Position numbers and translations under genes: made by a program. This document shows, one piece after another, positions 27,269-36,395 of a DNA stretch of 64,000 nucleotides. The notes under the pieces are model-generated. The model did not search any database. It saw only the letters and a list, made by a program, of their open reading frames with translations, and was not told where the DNA came from. Numbering within the stretch: position 1 is the stretch's first letter; every line of letters begins with the position of its first letter. Where the stretch lies: positions 124,001 through 188,000 of IMG/VR virus record IMGVR_UViG_3300006931_000029; one strand, written 5' to 3'.

Positions 27269-27805
27269 TTACTTCACCAACTCCAGATTCTCGTGGTCGA
27301 GAATGATGCCGTACGCGCCTGGCAGTTTGCTGTCCATTGGGTTGTGACCCAACTCTGAGATGTTCACAGAATACCGTCCATCTTCGTAGGCGTCACGAAT
27401 CACGCCGATCTTTCCGTTGCTGTCTCCTCGTTGGTTAGACTTCACTCTCGTGCCTGGAACAAGCTGAGTGAAACCCGACTCTTTGAACCAGACAATAGAC
27501 GCCTGGCGAACGGCTTCTCTGAGGTAGGAAGATGTTCGATCCATCACTTCAACCAGAGCAGAGTCGGCATCCCATCCGTCGTGCTCGAGCTCTCGAGCGA
27601 GACGATAGCCGTCGTCGGTGGTGGAACCCTTGATCGCACCCGTTAGCTGGTCGATGACGCTGTCCCGCTCTTCAGTTTCTTGCTCGTAGTCAGTCGAGTC
27701 ACCGTTTTGGTTTAACCACTCGATGACGTCAGGAAGCAGACGCTCAACGGCGGTCTTGATGATCGCTGAGTCGTTGACGGTGGGACGTTTCGTCAGTGTC
27801 GGCAT
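27269..27805 (-). CDS. hypothetical protein
   Basis: 178 aa. Confidence 0.65.
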   Translation of the reverse strand: MPTLTKRPTVNDSAIIKTAVERLLPDVIEWLNQNGDSTDYEQETEERDSVIDQLTGAIKGSTTDDGYRLARELEHDGWDADSALVEVMDRTSSYLREAVRQASIVWFKESGFTQLVPGTRVKSNQRGDSNGKIGVIRDAYEDGRYSVNISELGHNPMDSKLPGAYGIILDHENLELVK

Positions 27806-27807
27806 AC

Positions 27808-28179
27808 TTAGGTATGAACTAAGGGTTCGAGGTTGAATGACTTCAAGGCAGCAAGAGCTTCGTCCACCTTCTCGTTAGGAACAACGACCACGATAGTCTT
27901 GGTGGTTTGGGTTTTCTTCCACTCGATGAAGACCGTCTCGGTGTTGCGATCGCCATTGTACGGATCGGGACCTTTTCCCTGCCACGCGACGTAACCGCCG
28001 AAGTCGTTTTCGATGACGAATTCTCGGTCCGCTTTTCCTGGTTTCACGAACCACGATCCGTCTTCCTTTGCTCCCCACAATTCTGCCCAAAGATCGTCGT
28101 TGTAGTCCTCGAAATAAAAACTGTCTCCGAGCTCATTGATGAAACGACAAAATTCGATGGCTGTTGTGGGTGTGGACAT
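27808..28179 (-). CDS. hypothetical protein
   Basis: 123 aa. Confidence 0.65.
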   Translation of the reverse strand: MSTPTTAIEFCRFINELGDSFYFEDYNDDLWAELWGAKEDGSWFVKPGKADREFVIENDFGGYVAWQGKGPDPYNGDRNTETVFIEWKKTQTTKTIVVVVPNEKVDEALAALKSFNLEPLVHT

Positions 28180-28203
28180 AGGAATGTTTACTAAAGAACA
28201 CGG

Positions 28204-29010
28204 TCAGGTCTCCGAGGCCGTGACAACAGGTTTCGATTTTTCCGAATCCCAATTCATCGCGAGACGCGATATTTGACCGACGTACTCAGCCGCTTTTTCC
28301 TTCGTCCACGCGTGAATAATCCAACTGCCGTCTCGGTATGCCCTCGTCGTCTTTTCCGCTGAGAAGAGAAGCTCGAGCATGTCTGCCAATTCCTTTGGTA
28401 TGTTTTCGATCTCGATGTGGTAGACGCGTTTGCGACTACCGAGAACCATTGCGTGGGTCGGAATGTGGTTAAACACGACTCGGTACCACGGTCCGGTCCA
28501 GTAGCTGCCGTAGAGATTTTTCGTTTCGGTGAATTCGAGACCGTTGAAGTTGATGTCTTCGTCACACACCAGATTGTGCCAGAAATAATGATTGCTGAGA
28601 TGGCCGTAGCCATTCATGCATGTCCGATGGGCGGTTCGCTTCATCGATTGGATGTGCTCCTGATTTCTCAGAGACTCCACTGTATTTTCCCACCCGCGCT
28701 GGCAGATGGGACAAATTTGGTTTCTCACGTCGGCCACGATCGTACCCGTGACCGACTTGTCGTCACCGCCAAAGTGTTCGTGCCATCGAACCCATAGCTG
28801 GTTGTATTGGTCAAACCCGCAGGCAGGAGAACCATCGTTCAGTCTGTCGGGCGTCACGGGCTTGAGGATTTCGTTTCCTTTGCTGCCACCGAAGTGGATC
28901 GTGCTCATGGGTTGGTCGGGTTTGGGATCGCGTGTGTAGAAGCATGGACCTTTGTCGCCAAAACACAGGTGGCAATCGCCATCGCCATTCGTATCATTTG
29001 GGCAAGGCAT
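28204..29010 (-). CDS. hypothetical protein with Cys motifs
   Basis: Probable start MPCPND at 29010, 29 nt after TGTTTACA; CPIC...HRTC. Confidence 0.65.
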   Translation of the reverse strand: MPCPNDTNGDGDCHLCFGDKGPCFYTRDPKPDQPMSTIHFGGSKGNEILKPVTPDRLNDGSPACGFDQYNQLWVRWHEHFGGDDKSVTGTIVADVRNQICPICQRGWENTVESLRNQEHIQSMKRTAHRTCMNGYGHLSNHYFWHNLVCDEDINFNGLEFTETKNLYGSYWTGPWYRVVFNHIPTHAMVLGSRKRVYHIEIENIPKELADMLELLFSAEKTTRAYRDGSWIIHAWTKEKAAEYVGQISRLAMNWDSEKSKPVVTASET

Positions 29011-29140
29011 AGCGTCACCCAAACGCCTCAGCCAATAATGTAAACAAAAATTGGGGCCGACGTGTGGGTTTACACCACGAGGAGCATCAGATTGAACGCT
29101 TCCGCCGTCCACGGCGGACCCGATTACCCGTCGGCACTGA

Positions 29141-29392
29141 CTAAAATACCACAGCAGAGAACGGAAATGGACCGCCTGCAATCCTGGTGGCTTCAGCGGC
29201 AACGTCCGGCGGTAACCCATCTTTGAGCAAAGCTTCGCGTAGCTGAACGAAGATGCTGTAGTGAAGCATCAGGTAACGGACCGCAATCGCCGCCTCGTTG
29301 TGGTCGTGCGCTGCTTGCATCCAGAGCACTAGAGACTTGTTGGCTTTTCCGATGTCCTTTAGCATCTCTCCCTTAAAATTGTTGTTTAGCAT
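29141..29392 (-). CDS. hypothetical protein
   Basis: 83 aa. Confidence 0.5.
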   Translation of the reverse strand: MLNNNFKGEMLKDIGKANKSLVLWMQAAHDHNEAAIAVRYLMLHYSIFVQLREALLKDGLPPDVAAEATRIAGGPFPFSAVVF

Positions 29393-29410
29393 TTTCCTAA
29401 CAATCGGGCG

Positions 29411-30043
29411 TCACGGTGAACGCGCAAGCATGTACCGCCCGTCTGGCTTTAACTCAAGCACAAAGTACCCGCAGTTTGGCGGATTCTTCTCGGCTTCAAA
29501 TTGTTCGACAGTATAGTGCAGCCACCGCATCACGATGATTCGGCTCGTGTACCCGTGCGTCACCAGAATCAAGTTATCCGGATGGTCTGGTCGAGCAAAA
29601 TCTCTGTGCAACGTCTCGAGAAAAGTGGATATACGATCGAACACGTCTGCGCCTGATTCTCCATCGGGAATCCGGTACCAAAAACGGGAAAAGGCATCGC
29701 GCTCTTTGTCGATGCGAATGGCTTCTTCAGGATCGCGCAAGTGTCCCCATTCCTGCTCTCGGATGCGTGGGTCTTCCTTCACCCACGCAGGAGGTTTTAT
29801 GCCAAGCCGAGAGCGAAGCATGTGTTCGGCCGTTTCCCTGGTTCGTTTGAATGGAGAAACCCACATCGCAAACGGCTCGACACCAATCACGTCTGCGAAC
29901 AACCTGTCACCGGCCCAGAATGCCTGTTCCTTTCCTTTGTCAGTCAGAGGGATCAGGTGGTCCTGAGTTTTGCCTCTCGTCTCTTTGTCGGCGTTGGACA
30001 TCGACTCACCGTGGCGGATGATGACAATCCTTTTTGGCTTCAT
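29411..30043 (-). CDS. histidine phosphatase (phosphoglycerate mutase family)
   Basis: IIRHGES, SPFKRTRETA, DPRIREQEWG, PDGES, LVTHG, NCG. Confidence 0.93.
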   Translation of the reverse strand: MKPKRIVIIRHGESMSNADKETRGKTQDHLIPLTDKGKEQAFWAGDRLFADVIGVEPFAMWVSPFKRTRETAEHMLRSRLGIKPPAWVKEDPRIREQEWGHLRDPEEAIRIDKERDAFSRFWYRIPDGESGADVFDRISTFLETLHRDFARPDHPDNLILVTHGYTSRIIVMRWLHYTVEQFEAEKNPPNCGYFVLELKPDGRYMLARSP

Positions 30044-30051
30044 AGTTCTCC

Positions 30052-30063
30052 AGAACGTGTTCT
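30052..30063. promoter_or_regulatory. bidirectional GTTCT element
   Basis: Near-palindrome AGAACGTGTTCT gives GTTCT 7-8 nt before both divergent starts (30043 and 30071). Confidence 0.55.
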
Positions 30064-30070
30064 AACCTGA

Positions 30071-30508
30071 GTGCAGAAAATCATCGGCTACATCACATGG
30101 GATTCCACGCCAACAGTTGGAACTGCCCACGGCGTCCACCGGCTTTCGTTTATCGACGTCCTCACGGGCACAAGCATGTCGTTTCCTCCTGAGGAAATCA
30201 TCGTTCAACAGTTCATCATCGCCGGCAAGGTCGCTTCGCGGTTGATTGAATCATTGCCGATGTTTACACCACGCAAACCGAAGCCGGACGGGTCGCCGTG
30301 GAAAGCCAACATCAAAGACGAACCGGACATCACGATCCTCGGCACGCTTGCGAGATGGCCGATCCTCTCCGACCCGGCACCGGAAATGGAAGACAAACTC
30401 CTCTTGATTGCCCCGAAGCCGGGTGGAGTCGACAAAGTCTTTGAGGTAACAATCACCGGCCAATTTGCCGATGCTATCCTCAACCCTCAGGAAGGTCCAC
30501 GTTCGTAG
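30071..30508 (+). CDS. hypothetical protein
   Basis: 145 aa, divergent gene. Confidence 0.6.
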   Translation: MQKIIGYITWDSTPTVGTAHGVHRLSFIDVLTGTSMSFPPEEIIVQQFIIAGKVASRLIESLPMFTPRKPKPDGSPWKANIKDEPDITILGTLARWPILSDPAPEMEDKLLLIAPKPGGVDKVFEVTITGQFADAILNPQEGPRS

Positions 30509-31437
30509 TCGGTCAAGTCTCTCCACTCGCGCATGCTGCTGATAGACGAGAGGTCGACTTCTGAGTAACGCCGTTCGATTGCGGCATCAGAGCCGACGTT
30601 GATGAAGACAGCGCCAGGTGCCGCTTGATCAACGAACTGAGTCCACGCTTTGGCGTCATAGGTTGCCGTGGTAGGGAAGGACGGAAGCTCGTGCGATTTG
30701 ACTGCACGAAGGAATGGAACCGTAGCGCTGATCAACTCTGCTCGGCCGATCTCGCCATCATGCATGTTACGAGCAACGGCAATTCCACGGGCTCTTGCGT
30801 TCGGCCAACCGATCTGAAGACCCCGCGTCATCGTGCCGGTGCTGACAGCGCACCAAAACTCTGGCGGTTCGCCATGAACTTCAGCGATGTCGGCGGCAAA
30901 TTTCACGATGCCGGCCGTCACCTCAGGCACGCCTTTCAGACCGAACGGCAAGTACTTTGCGCCGTGCTTAGCGGCCCACTTTCTGGCATAGCTGTTTAGC
31001 ATCGGCATCGCTGCAGTCCGGATGAACCGAAGGTCGGCGCCATAAGCCTTGCAAACCGCCTGGTGCTTCGAGACTTCGCCGCTAGCAGGGACGAAGAAGA
31101 CGGTCTTCTTCCCGTACATCTGCGCAAGGACGCAGATGGCTTCTGCCGCGTGGCCGACTCGAGGAGCGCAGTAAACCAGCGTGTCTTCCGGCGTGGTGGC
31201 AATCAGCTTCTCGGCCGCGTAGGCTTTGAAACCTGCCGGGGCTTTGTCACACCTCACAACGTTCAACGGACGATCATCAGTGCCAAACCGTTCAAGCAGA
31301 GATGCCGCGTCAGGCATCCGACTTTTGAAGTTCGTGCCATAAAGTTTTAGGTAGAAGTCACGCGCACCTTGAGCGTTCAGGGGAGTTGGAATATCTCGGT
31401 TGCTGGGATCGGCTGTGATCGTGAATTGAGGCTTCAT
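30487..31437 (-). CDS. PLP-dependent fold-type II (cysteine synthase/TrpB-like) enzyme, phage family
   Basis: FKAY, VYCAPRVGHAA, FFVPAS...YGADL, WCAVSTGTM phosphate loop, YDAKAW. Confidence 0.65.
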   Translation of the reverse strand: MKPQFTITADPSNRDIPTPLNAQGARDFYLKLYGTNFKSRMPDAASLLERFGTDDRPLNVVRCDKAPAGFKAYAAEKLIATTPEDTLVYCAPRVGHAAEAICVLAQMYGKKTVFFVPASGEVSKHQAVCKAYGADLRFIRTAAMPMLNSYARKWAAKHGAKYLPFGLKGVPEVTAGIVKFAADIAEVHGEPPEFWCAVSTGTMTRGLQIGWPNARARGIAVARNMHDGEIGRAELISATVPFLRAVKSHELPSFPTTATYDAKAWTQFVDQAAPGAVFINVGSDAAIERRYSEVDLSSISSMREWRDLTDYERGPS

Positions 31438-31895
31438 TCAGTCTTTGTTTGGATCGTGGCGTGAGGAAAGGCAGGTGTTATTTTCTGGAGAATGTTGACA
31501 GCTTTTTTGCCATCTGTTTCGCCACCTTTGAGTTCCTCGATGTGAACGTAGTCGGTCTTCGTGTTGAGCTTGTTGAATCCGAATTCCAACATGAGCAAGT
31601 GAACGGCGGCAAGCGATGGAAGTGGGCGATCCACGCTTCTCACATCTTCAATCGAAACCGAGATGTGCCGAACCCAGTCGATTGGATGGTTTTGGCGTTC
31701 GATAGAAAACGTCACCATGTAACCCATCGGAATCATGATCGTCCTGTTAGGATCATCACCGACAGGCTTGAGCCGACCGTGTTTGTCGTTGACGCGAGCA
31801 ATCATCTCCTCTAGACCGATAGGATTTTCGTACGCGTAACGAATGACCTTTCCTATGGCCTCTCTGACGGAATTGTCGATGACTATTGGTCGCAT
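31434..31895 (-). CDS. hypothetical protein
   Basis: RHISVS motif; in operon. Confidence 0.6.
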   Translation of the reverse strand: MRPIVIDNSVREAIGKVIRYAYENPIGLEEMIARVNDKHGRLKPVGDDPNRTIMIPMGYMVTFSIERQNHPIDWVRHISVSIEDVRSVDRPLPSLAAVHLLMLEFGFNKLNTKTDYVHIEELKGGETDGKKAVNILQKITPAFPHATIQTKTE

Positions 31896-32095
31896 AGGCG
31901 TTTCAGTTTTTCAGGTGCTTCCGGCTGTTGAACAAGAACGGTAACCGTGACCAGCCTGCATGTCCGGGCGTAGTCTTTGTGGCGGTATTTTGAATCTGTC
32001 TTGGTTAAAGCGTCGAACGCATCTCCTTCCTTGCTACGGATGGTGGACGGCAGCAACTTACCTTTCGGCGTGGTGTAGGCAAAATAGGTGCTCAT
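31883..32095 (-). CDS. hypothetical protein
   Basis: ATGA-coupled. Confidence 0.55.
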   Translation of the reverse strand: MSTYFAYTTPKGKLLPSTIRSKEGDAFDALTKTDSKYRHKDYARTCRLVTVTVLVQQPEAPEKLKRLCDQ

Positions 32096-32364
32096 ATTCC
32101 GGCTCCCATGTTGTCGATAGCAGTTTGAGTTAAACGTTCTTGCCGACTCGGCAAGTTGAAGAGATATTGGGCCAACAGTCCAGGATTATGTTCGTTGCCG
32201 TTACCCTTCACCCGATAGATGGAGCTAGGCCATAATTTGCCTTGCTTCACCTTGTCCTGGAGCTCGTCCAAAGAGGAACACTCACAGACAACCAGGCAAT
32301 TACTCAGCGCGCGTCTGGGTTGACCGAATTTGTCGTAGAGCTGTTTTCTATCGACAGGCATCAC
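32092..32364 (-). CDS. hypothetical protein
   Basis: Coupled to neighbours. Confidence 0.5.
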   Translation of the reverse strand: MMPVDRKQLYDKFGQPRRALSNCLVVCECSSLDELQDKVKQGKLWPSSIYRVKGNGNEHNPGLLAQYLFNLPSRQERLTQTAIDNMGAGI

Positions 32365-32903
32365 CGTTTTTCGGTCGTGGTAGTGATGACGCCGATGAGC
32401 GTGTTCATCTCCTCTGCTTCCTTCAACTTAGCATCGCGCTTGTTCTTGATCGACGTGCAGTCAACAGGCAGGCGGTAGCGCTTGAAGAATTGTTTGACCC
32501 GCTGGACATTAGCGGCCATCTTGGCAGGTTCCTGCGCTTCACGAAGAGAACCGGGCTTGTCTGAAATCGGCCAAGAGATTGTGAACAAGAGTTTGTTGTC
32601 GTCCGCCTGAATGGTCACGCTCAACGAGTCGAGCTCTGAATTGATGATTCCGTGGTTTCCTTCGAGGCCGAAACATTCGCCAAGACTCCATGATTGCACC
32701 GGATGACGGAATTCACCAGAGACGCAGATGTGGTTCACGCTGTCGATCTCAACCTTGCATCCCATTTTTCCAACCTTCTTGAAGCCAAGATGGATGCGCT
32801 CAGAACGAGCTTCGTCTTCGAGCGCTAGAATTCGAGCGCTGCGAAAGGTGATCTCTCGACGCAATCGTAGTTGTTCGCGATAGGGTGTCTCTTTGGTTTT
32901 CAT
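32361..32903 (-). CDS. hypothetical protein
   Basis: ATGA-coupled, 180 aa. Confidence 0.6.
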   Translation of the reverse strand: MKTKETPYREQLRLRREITFRSARILALEDEARSERIHLGFKKVGKMGCKVEIDSVNHICVSGEFRHPVQSWSLGECFGLEGNHGIINSELDSLSVTIQADDNKLLFTISWPISDKPGSLREAQEPAKMAANVQRVKQFFKRYRLPVDCTSIKNKRDAKLKEAEEMNTLIGVITTTTEKR

Positions 32904-33406
32904 GGCTGGAGCCGTTTGCGGATGTTCTCGATCTCTGGGTGAATGGCTTTAGCGTGGGTGATCTGTTCGAGGATCAACGGCCAACGACCGCGGTAGTCTT
33001 CGATCACGCTATCGTAGACACCGTGCTTGTCAGTGAAGTCCAGCACGTATTCGGTCTTGAACGGAACGCCGATGTACTCTTGCCCGCTCCTCCACGTTGG
33101 GTCGATAACGTAGCCGTTAAGATCGATGCACCACGCGTGAAGGACTGGAATGACAGCACCTAGCGCGTAGCCTTCGCAGTAGATGGCGTCGTGCATCATG
33201 GCGTAGTTGAGAGCGTTCTTGAAACATTCCTTCAGCTTGCCAAACTTTGGGAATGATTGGTTCACGGTTCGGCAGTGCAAGCCGTGATCTAGAATGAACT
33301 GGCACGAGCTGTGGCCGTTATTGCACAGCTTCTGCATCTCTGCATTGATGCGCAGGTAACCGGCAACGCTGGCGTCGGTCTGAAGTTGCATCGGATACTC
33401 TTTCAC
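32900..33406 (-). CDS. hypothetical protein, possible Cys-His catalytic (papain/transglutaminase-like) fold
   Basis: KECFKNA...YCEGYA...LHAWC...VIDPTW. Confidence 0.6.
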   Translation of the reverse strand: MKEYPMQLQTDASVAGYLRINAEMQKLCNNGHSSCQFILDHGLHCRTVNQSFPKFGKLKECFKNALNYAMMHDAIYCEGYALGAVIPVLHAWCIDLNGYVIDPTWRSGQEYIGVPFKTEYVLDFTDKHGVYDSVIEDYRGRWPLILEQITHAKAIHPEIENIRKRLQP

Positions 33407-33912
33407 GACACGAGCTCCGTGTATTGCTTGGCGAACAGCGGGTCCATCGTATCCTTGTCAAGCGACCCGTTTTTGTCTGGTACAACGAGTCGAAGGACTG
33501 GACGGTCACACTCGGTCGCTTCGACGAAGCATGTTGGCATCGTAGCAATGTCGGCGTAGACGACGCCGGGAACGTATGGTTGGCCGATGTTTTCCGTAGC
33601 GGCGATCCGATACTTCGAAGCGATGTGGTGGAGAATGCCCATCGCATTTCGCTGGCCGATGTTGATGACGATCTGAACATCGGGAAAACCGAAGGTCTGC
33701 TTGAGACCATGCGTGTGAATGTTCACCAATCCAGGAGCGGGACCGCCGTCGATGACAAGATCAATCCAAAACCCGTATCTGGCCACCTGCTCCTCCTGCC
33801 ATTGACGGACCTGAGCCAGACGCTCTTCGAACGTACCGGGCAAATTGCACATCGCGCACTCGGTTTTCGGTTGAGGAAGATCGGATTTCATTTGAGGAAT
33901 TTCTTCAGCCAC
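33403..33912 (-). CDS. DUF4262-like protein
   Basis: YGFWIDLV...HTHGL..TFGFPDVQI...VLRLVVPDKNG. Confidence 0.55.
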   Translation of the reverse strand: MAEEIPQMKSDLPQPKTECAMCNLPGTFEERLAQVRQWQEEQVARYGFWIDLVIDGGPAPGLVNIHTHGLKQTFGFPDVQIVINIGQRNAMGILHHIASKYRIAATENIGQPYVPGVVYADIATMPTCFVEATECDRPVLRLVVPDKNGSLDKDTMDPLFAKQYTELVS

Positions 33913-34202
33913 TTAGGCTCGTCGTTGGAGTTGATGGGTTTCGAGATGCGTAAAACTTCGGCGTTTGTCGGGTGATCTTGGCGATAGTACCGGTGGGTTT
34001 TTCCGCCGTTCGGCCAGTGGACGTCGATGTAGCGGATGAACTTGGTGTCTTTAGATTTCCCGGCGTCTCGGTCAGAGGTGGTGCAGAGGATCGGATGCTG
34101 GCCATTTTCGAACTGACCGTTGTGGTAGTATTCGTAGAGAGCGGCGATTTCTTTGTCAGTAAGCAGGTAGACTATCTTGATGTTTTCTTCGGCGACTCTC
34201 AT
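33888..34202 (-). CDS. hypothetical protein
   Basis: 104 aa in operon. Confidence 0.55.
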   Translation of the reverse strand: MRVAEENIKIVYLLTDKEIAALYEYYHNGQFENGQHPILCTTSDRDAGKSKDTKFIRYIDVHWPNGGKTHRYYRQDHPTNAEVLRISKPINSNDEPKWLKKFLK

Positions 34203-34205
34203 TCG

Positions 34206-34640
34206 TTATTTGCGGGGAGGACGTTCATGGATTGTTTTGAGCTCAGAAGGGACGCGGAGGACTGGAGCTACGTCTTCCAGCGTATGCCCACGGTATTTCC
34301 AGGTTGATTTACGGCGACCGTTGACGAGTGGAATCTTATCATACGTCCACGACTGGTCGAAAACGTAAACATGAAACACGGACATCTTATTTGCAATCTC
34401 CTCAATCGTAGCGCCGAAAGTCGTGCTCGCGGATTCTTTGTCCTCCCACGGAGTGATGAAGCCGCCGAGAGTAATGCTTTCGACCATGCCCATGCTCACC
34501 AGCTTTCCTGCCAAGTCAGCTGTGTTGAAATCATTCTTCAAGACCGGAGCTACGTGTGTAGGATACCCGTCGAAGTGGAGATAGCATCCTTGATAGATGC
34601 CGTCCTTGGTCTTGGCGATGATGGCGGCGTGCGTACTCAC
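34206..34640 (-). CDS. conserved phage protein
   Basis: MSTHAAI...YLHFDGYP..VAPVL pattern. Confidence 0.65.
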   Translation of the reverse strand: MSTHAAIIAKTKDGIYQGCYLHFDGYPTHVAPVLKNDFNTADLAGKLVSMGMVESITLGGFITPWEDKESASTTFGATIEEIANKMSVFHVYVFDQSWTYDKIPLVNGRRKSTWKYRGHTLEDVAPVLRVPSELKTIHERPPRK

Positions 34641-34993
34641 GCGATTTCAGCGGCTCGGTCGAGGCGTGACGCGATGAGGTTTAAGGCTTGATCCCGAAGC
34701 TTGTCGAAGATCATGACGCGCTTGCTACGCGCAGCGCTGGTTTCCAAGCAGTCAGCGTTAAGGCAAGCCGGAATCTTCTTTGTTGGCCACGCCTTTTGAT
34801 GAAAATACCGGATGACGCTGTAGTCTAGGACGTTGAAAGGCCTAGCGGTCGGTTGCCACAGCAGGATTTCGATAGCGAGTTTAGTGTTCATTTGAAGAAT
34901 TTGAACCACATGCCGGCGACGGTCGCGAAAGCGACGACAAGCATGAGAGTTAGTACGCCGACGATTGCCAGTGGATGCATGGTTATGAGGCAA
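34637..34993 (-). CDS. hypothetical protein
   Basis: Fills gap; start uncertain. Confidence 0.45.
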   Translation of the reverse strand: MPHNHASTGNRRRTNSHACRRFRDRRRHVVQILQMNTKLAIEILLWQPTARPFNVLDYSVIRYFHQKAWPTKKIPACLNADCLETSAARSKRVMIFDKLRDQALNLIASRLDRAAEIA

Positions 34994-35279
34994 TGGCGGT
35001 TACTCGGCCGTAGATGGACGTCGTCCAGCCGTTAGTTTTTCCTTTGTTGTTGCCGATGAGAAAGCGATCGCCTTGAACTGCCTTGACGAGATGGAGGTAT
35101 TGGAATCCGTTTACTTTGCAGAGAACCACGTCGCCCTTCTTGACTAATTCCAGCGCGACAGGTTCGACGGTGACCAATTGGCCGGACTCCACTTTGCCGG
35201 CCATTGAACCACCACGAGGACGGAACTGGACGGTCTTTCCAGCCTTAAGGTCGGCGATGTATGAAGTTGCCCAACTCAT
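34983..35279 (-). CDS. S24/S26 peptidase-like protein
   Basis: Start MSWATS at 35279; RPRGGSM...GDVVLCKV...YLHLVK...IGNN. Confidence 0.65.
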   Translation of the reverse strand: MSWATSYIADLKAGKTVQFRPRGGSMAGKVESGQLVTVEPVALELVKKGDVVLCKVNGFQYLHLVKAVQGDRFLIGNNKGKTNGWTTSIYGRVTAIAS

Positions 35280-35464
35280 GGCTTGAATCCTTTTGGAACG
35301 TGGATGGTAACTCTCGACCCTCTGTAGTCGAACCAGAATTTGCCGCCGCAATTGATGAAATACCCAGCGCGGTTCTTGCGCAGACCAGCCACGTATGTCG
35401 TGAGAGACTTACGGTCTGGTTCCGGCAGAGCCGGAACGACGTCGAGTTTAAGTCGCGCGATCAT
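35276..35464 (-). CDS. hypothetical protein
   Basis: ATGA-coupled on both sides. Confidence 0.5.
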   Translation of the reverse strand: MIARLKLDVVPALPEPDRKSLTTYVAGLRKNRAGYFINCGGKFWFDYRGSRVTIHVPKGFKP

Positions 35465-35799
35465 TTGGTCACAACGGTCACTGGATAAACGGTCACCTCG
35501 GCATACGTTTCGCCGCCGACCTTAGCCGTGATGACAGTTGCAATGCCGTCCTCGTTGACATTGACGTTGACTTCGTAAGCAATGTTGTCAACTGCGTCGT
35601 CATGGAACTGGCTGTTGTGCTCCTCGGCAGATGTCTGAAGTTGCTCTCTAGCGTATGCAACAGCGTCTGTTTGCGCGCCTTGGAAGACGGTGTTTCTTGA
35701 ACCTTTGAGCTCGGCGATTTCTTGGTCGCTGAGGTCTGAATAGTCGCCGTTGAGGTCGTCGACGAGAACGATCTGCCACAGTTCGGGTTTGGTTTTCAT
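35461..35799 (-). CDS. acidic hypothetical protein
   Basis: ATGA-coupled. Confidence 0.6.
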   Translation of the reverse strand: MKTKPELWQIVLVDDLNGDYSDLSDQEIAELKGSRNTVFQGAQTDAVAYAREQLQTSAEEHNSQFHDDAVDNIAYEVNVNVNEDGIATVITAKVGGETYAEVTVYPVTVVTK

Positions 35800-36254
35800 T
35801 CGGCGTGGGTAGCGGGTTTCATGGAGCGGACAAGGTCTTCACGATCGAACAGGGTCGGCGCAGCGTCGAGCTTGGCGAGAAGTTCTTCGTCCTTCAGAAG
35901 GATCGACCAGCCACAAGGCAGGCAGACAGCCATCCACGTCTGACCATCGCAGAAATCGACCTCGACAACGTCGCCGACCGACAACGACCGGCAGCGATTG
36001 CCGTCGTCCGCCCAGATCGCCTCACGTTCGTTCTGCCGAGTAGGGTCGTTGGAGACGCTGAAGAACTCTCTGGCGAAGGCGCCGGTGACCGCAACCTTTG
36101 CTACTGGGTTGATTCCGTCCATGAGGCTGAAGAAGTACCGCGCCGACGGCTGGAGCTTCACCACGCGGCTTGGAAGTTCGGCACGTGGACAACCGAAGAG
36201 ACGCGCCCGGACTTCAGGCACCACTGCTGAACGAAGAGGAGCTGGAGAGTTCAT
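35796..36254 (-). CDS. hypothetical protein
   Basis: Start MNSPAP at 36254, 30 nt after TGTTTACA; RSLSVGDVV motif. Confidence 0.65.
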   Translation of the reverse strand: MNSPAPLRSAVVPEVRARLFGCPRAELPSRVVKLQPSARYFFSLMDGINPVAKVAVTGAFAREFFSVSNDPTRQNEREAIWADDGNRCRSLSVGDVVEVDFCDGQTWMAVCLPCGWSILLKDEELLAKLDAAPTLFDREDLVRSMKPATHAE

Positions 36255-36315
36255 GAGCCCATCCAACCCACTTTGGATGGAAATGTAAACAAAAAAGTGT
36301 TGAAAAAATGAGCAT

Positions 36316-36348
36316 AAAAAAGCCGCCCTCCCCACACGGGAGGGCGGC
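36316..36348 (-). terminator. intrinsic terminator
   Basis: 11-bp stem GCCGCCCTCCC/GGGAGGGCGGC followed by U6 on the minus strand, after the PEP-CTERM gene. Confidence 0.9.
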
Positions 36349-36395
36349 CCATCTATCGTCGGCGGCTAACTTTCGAAGGATTTCCGCCGAATTGG

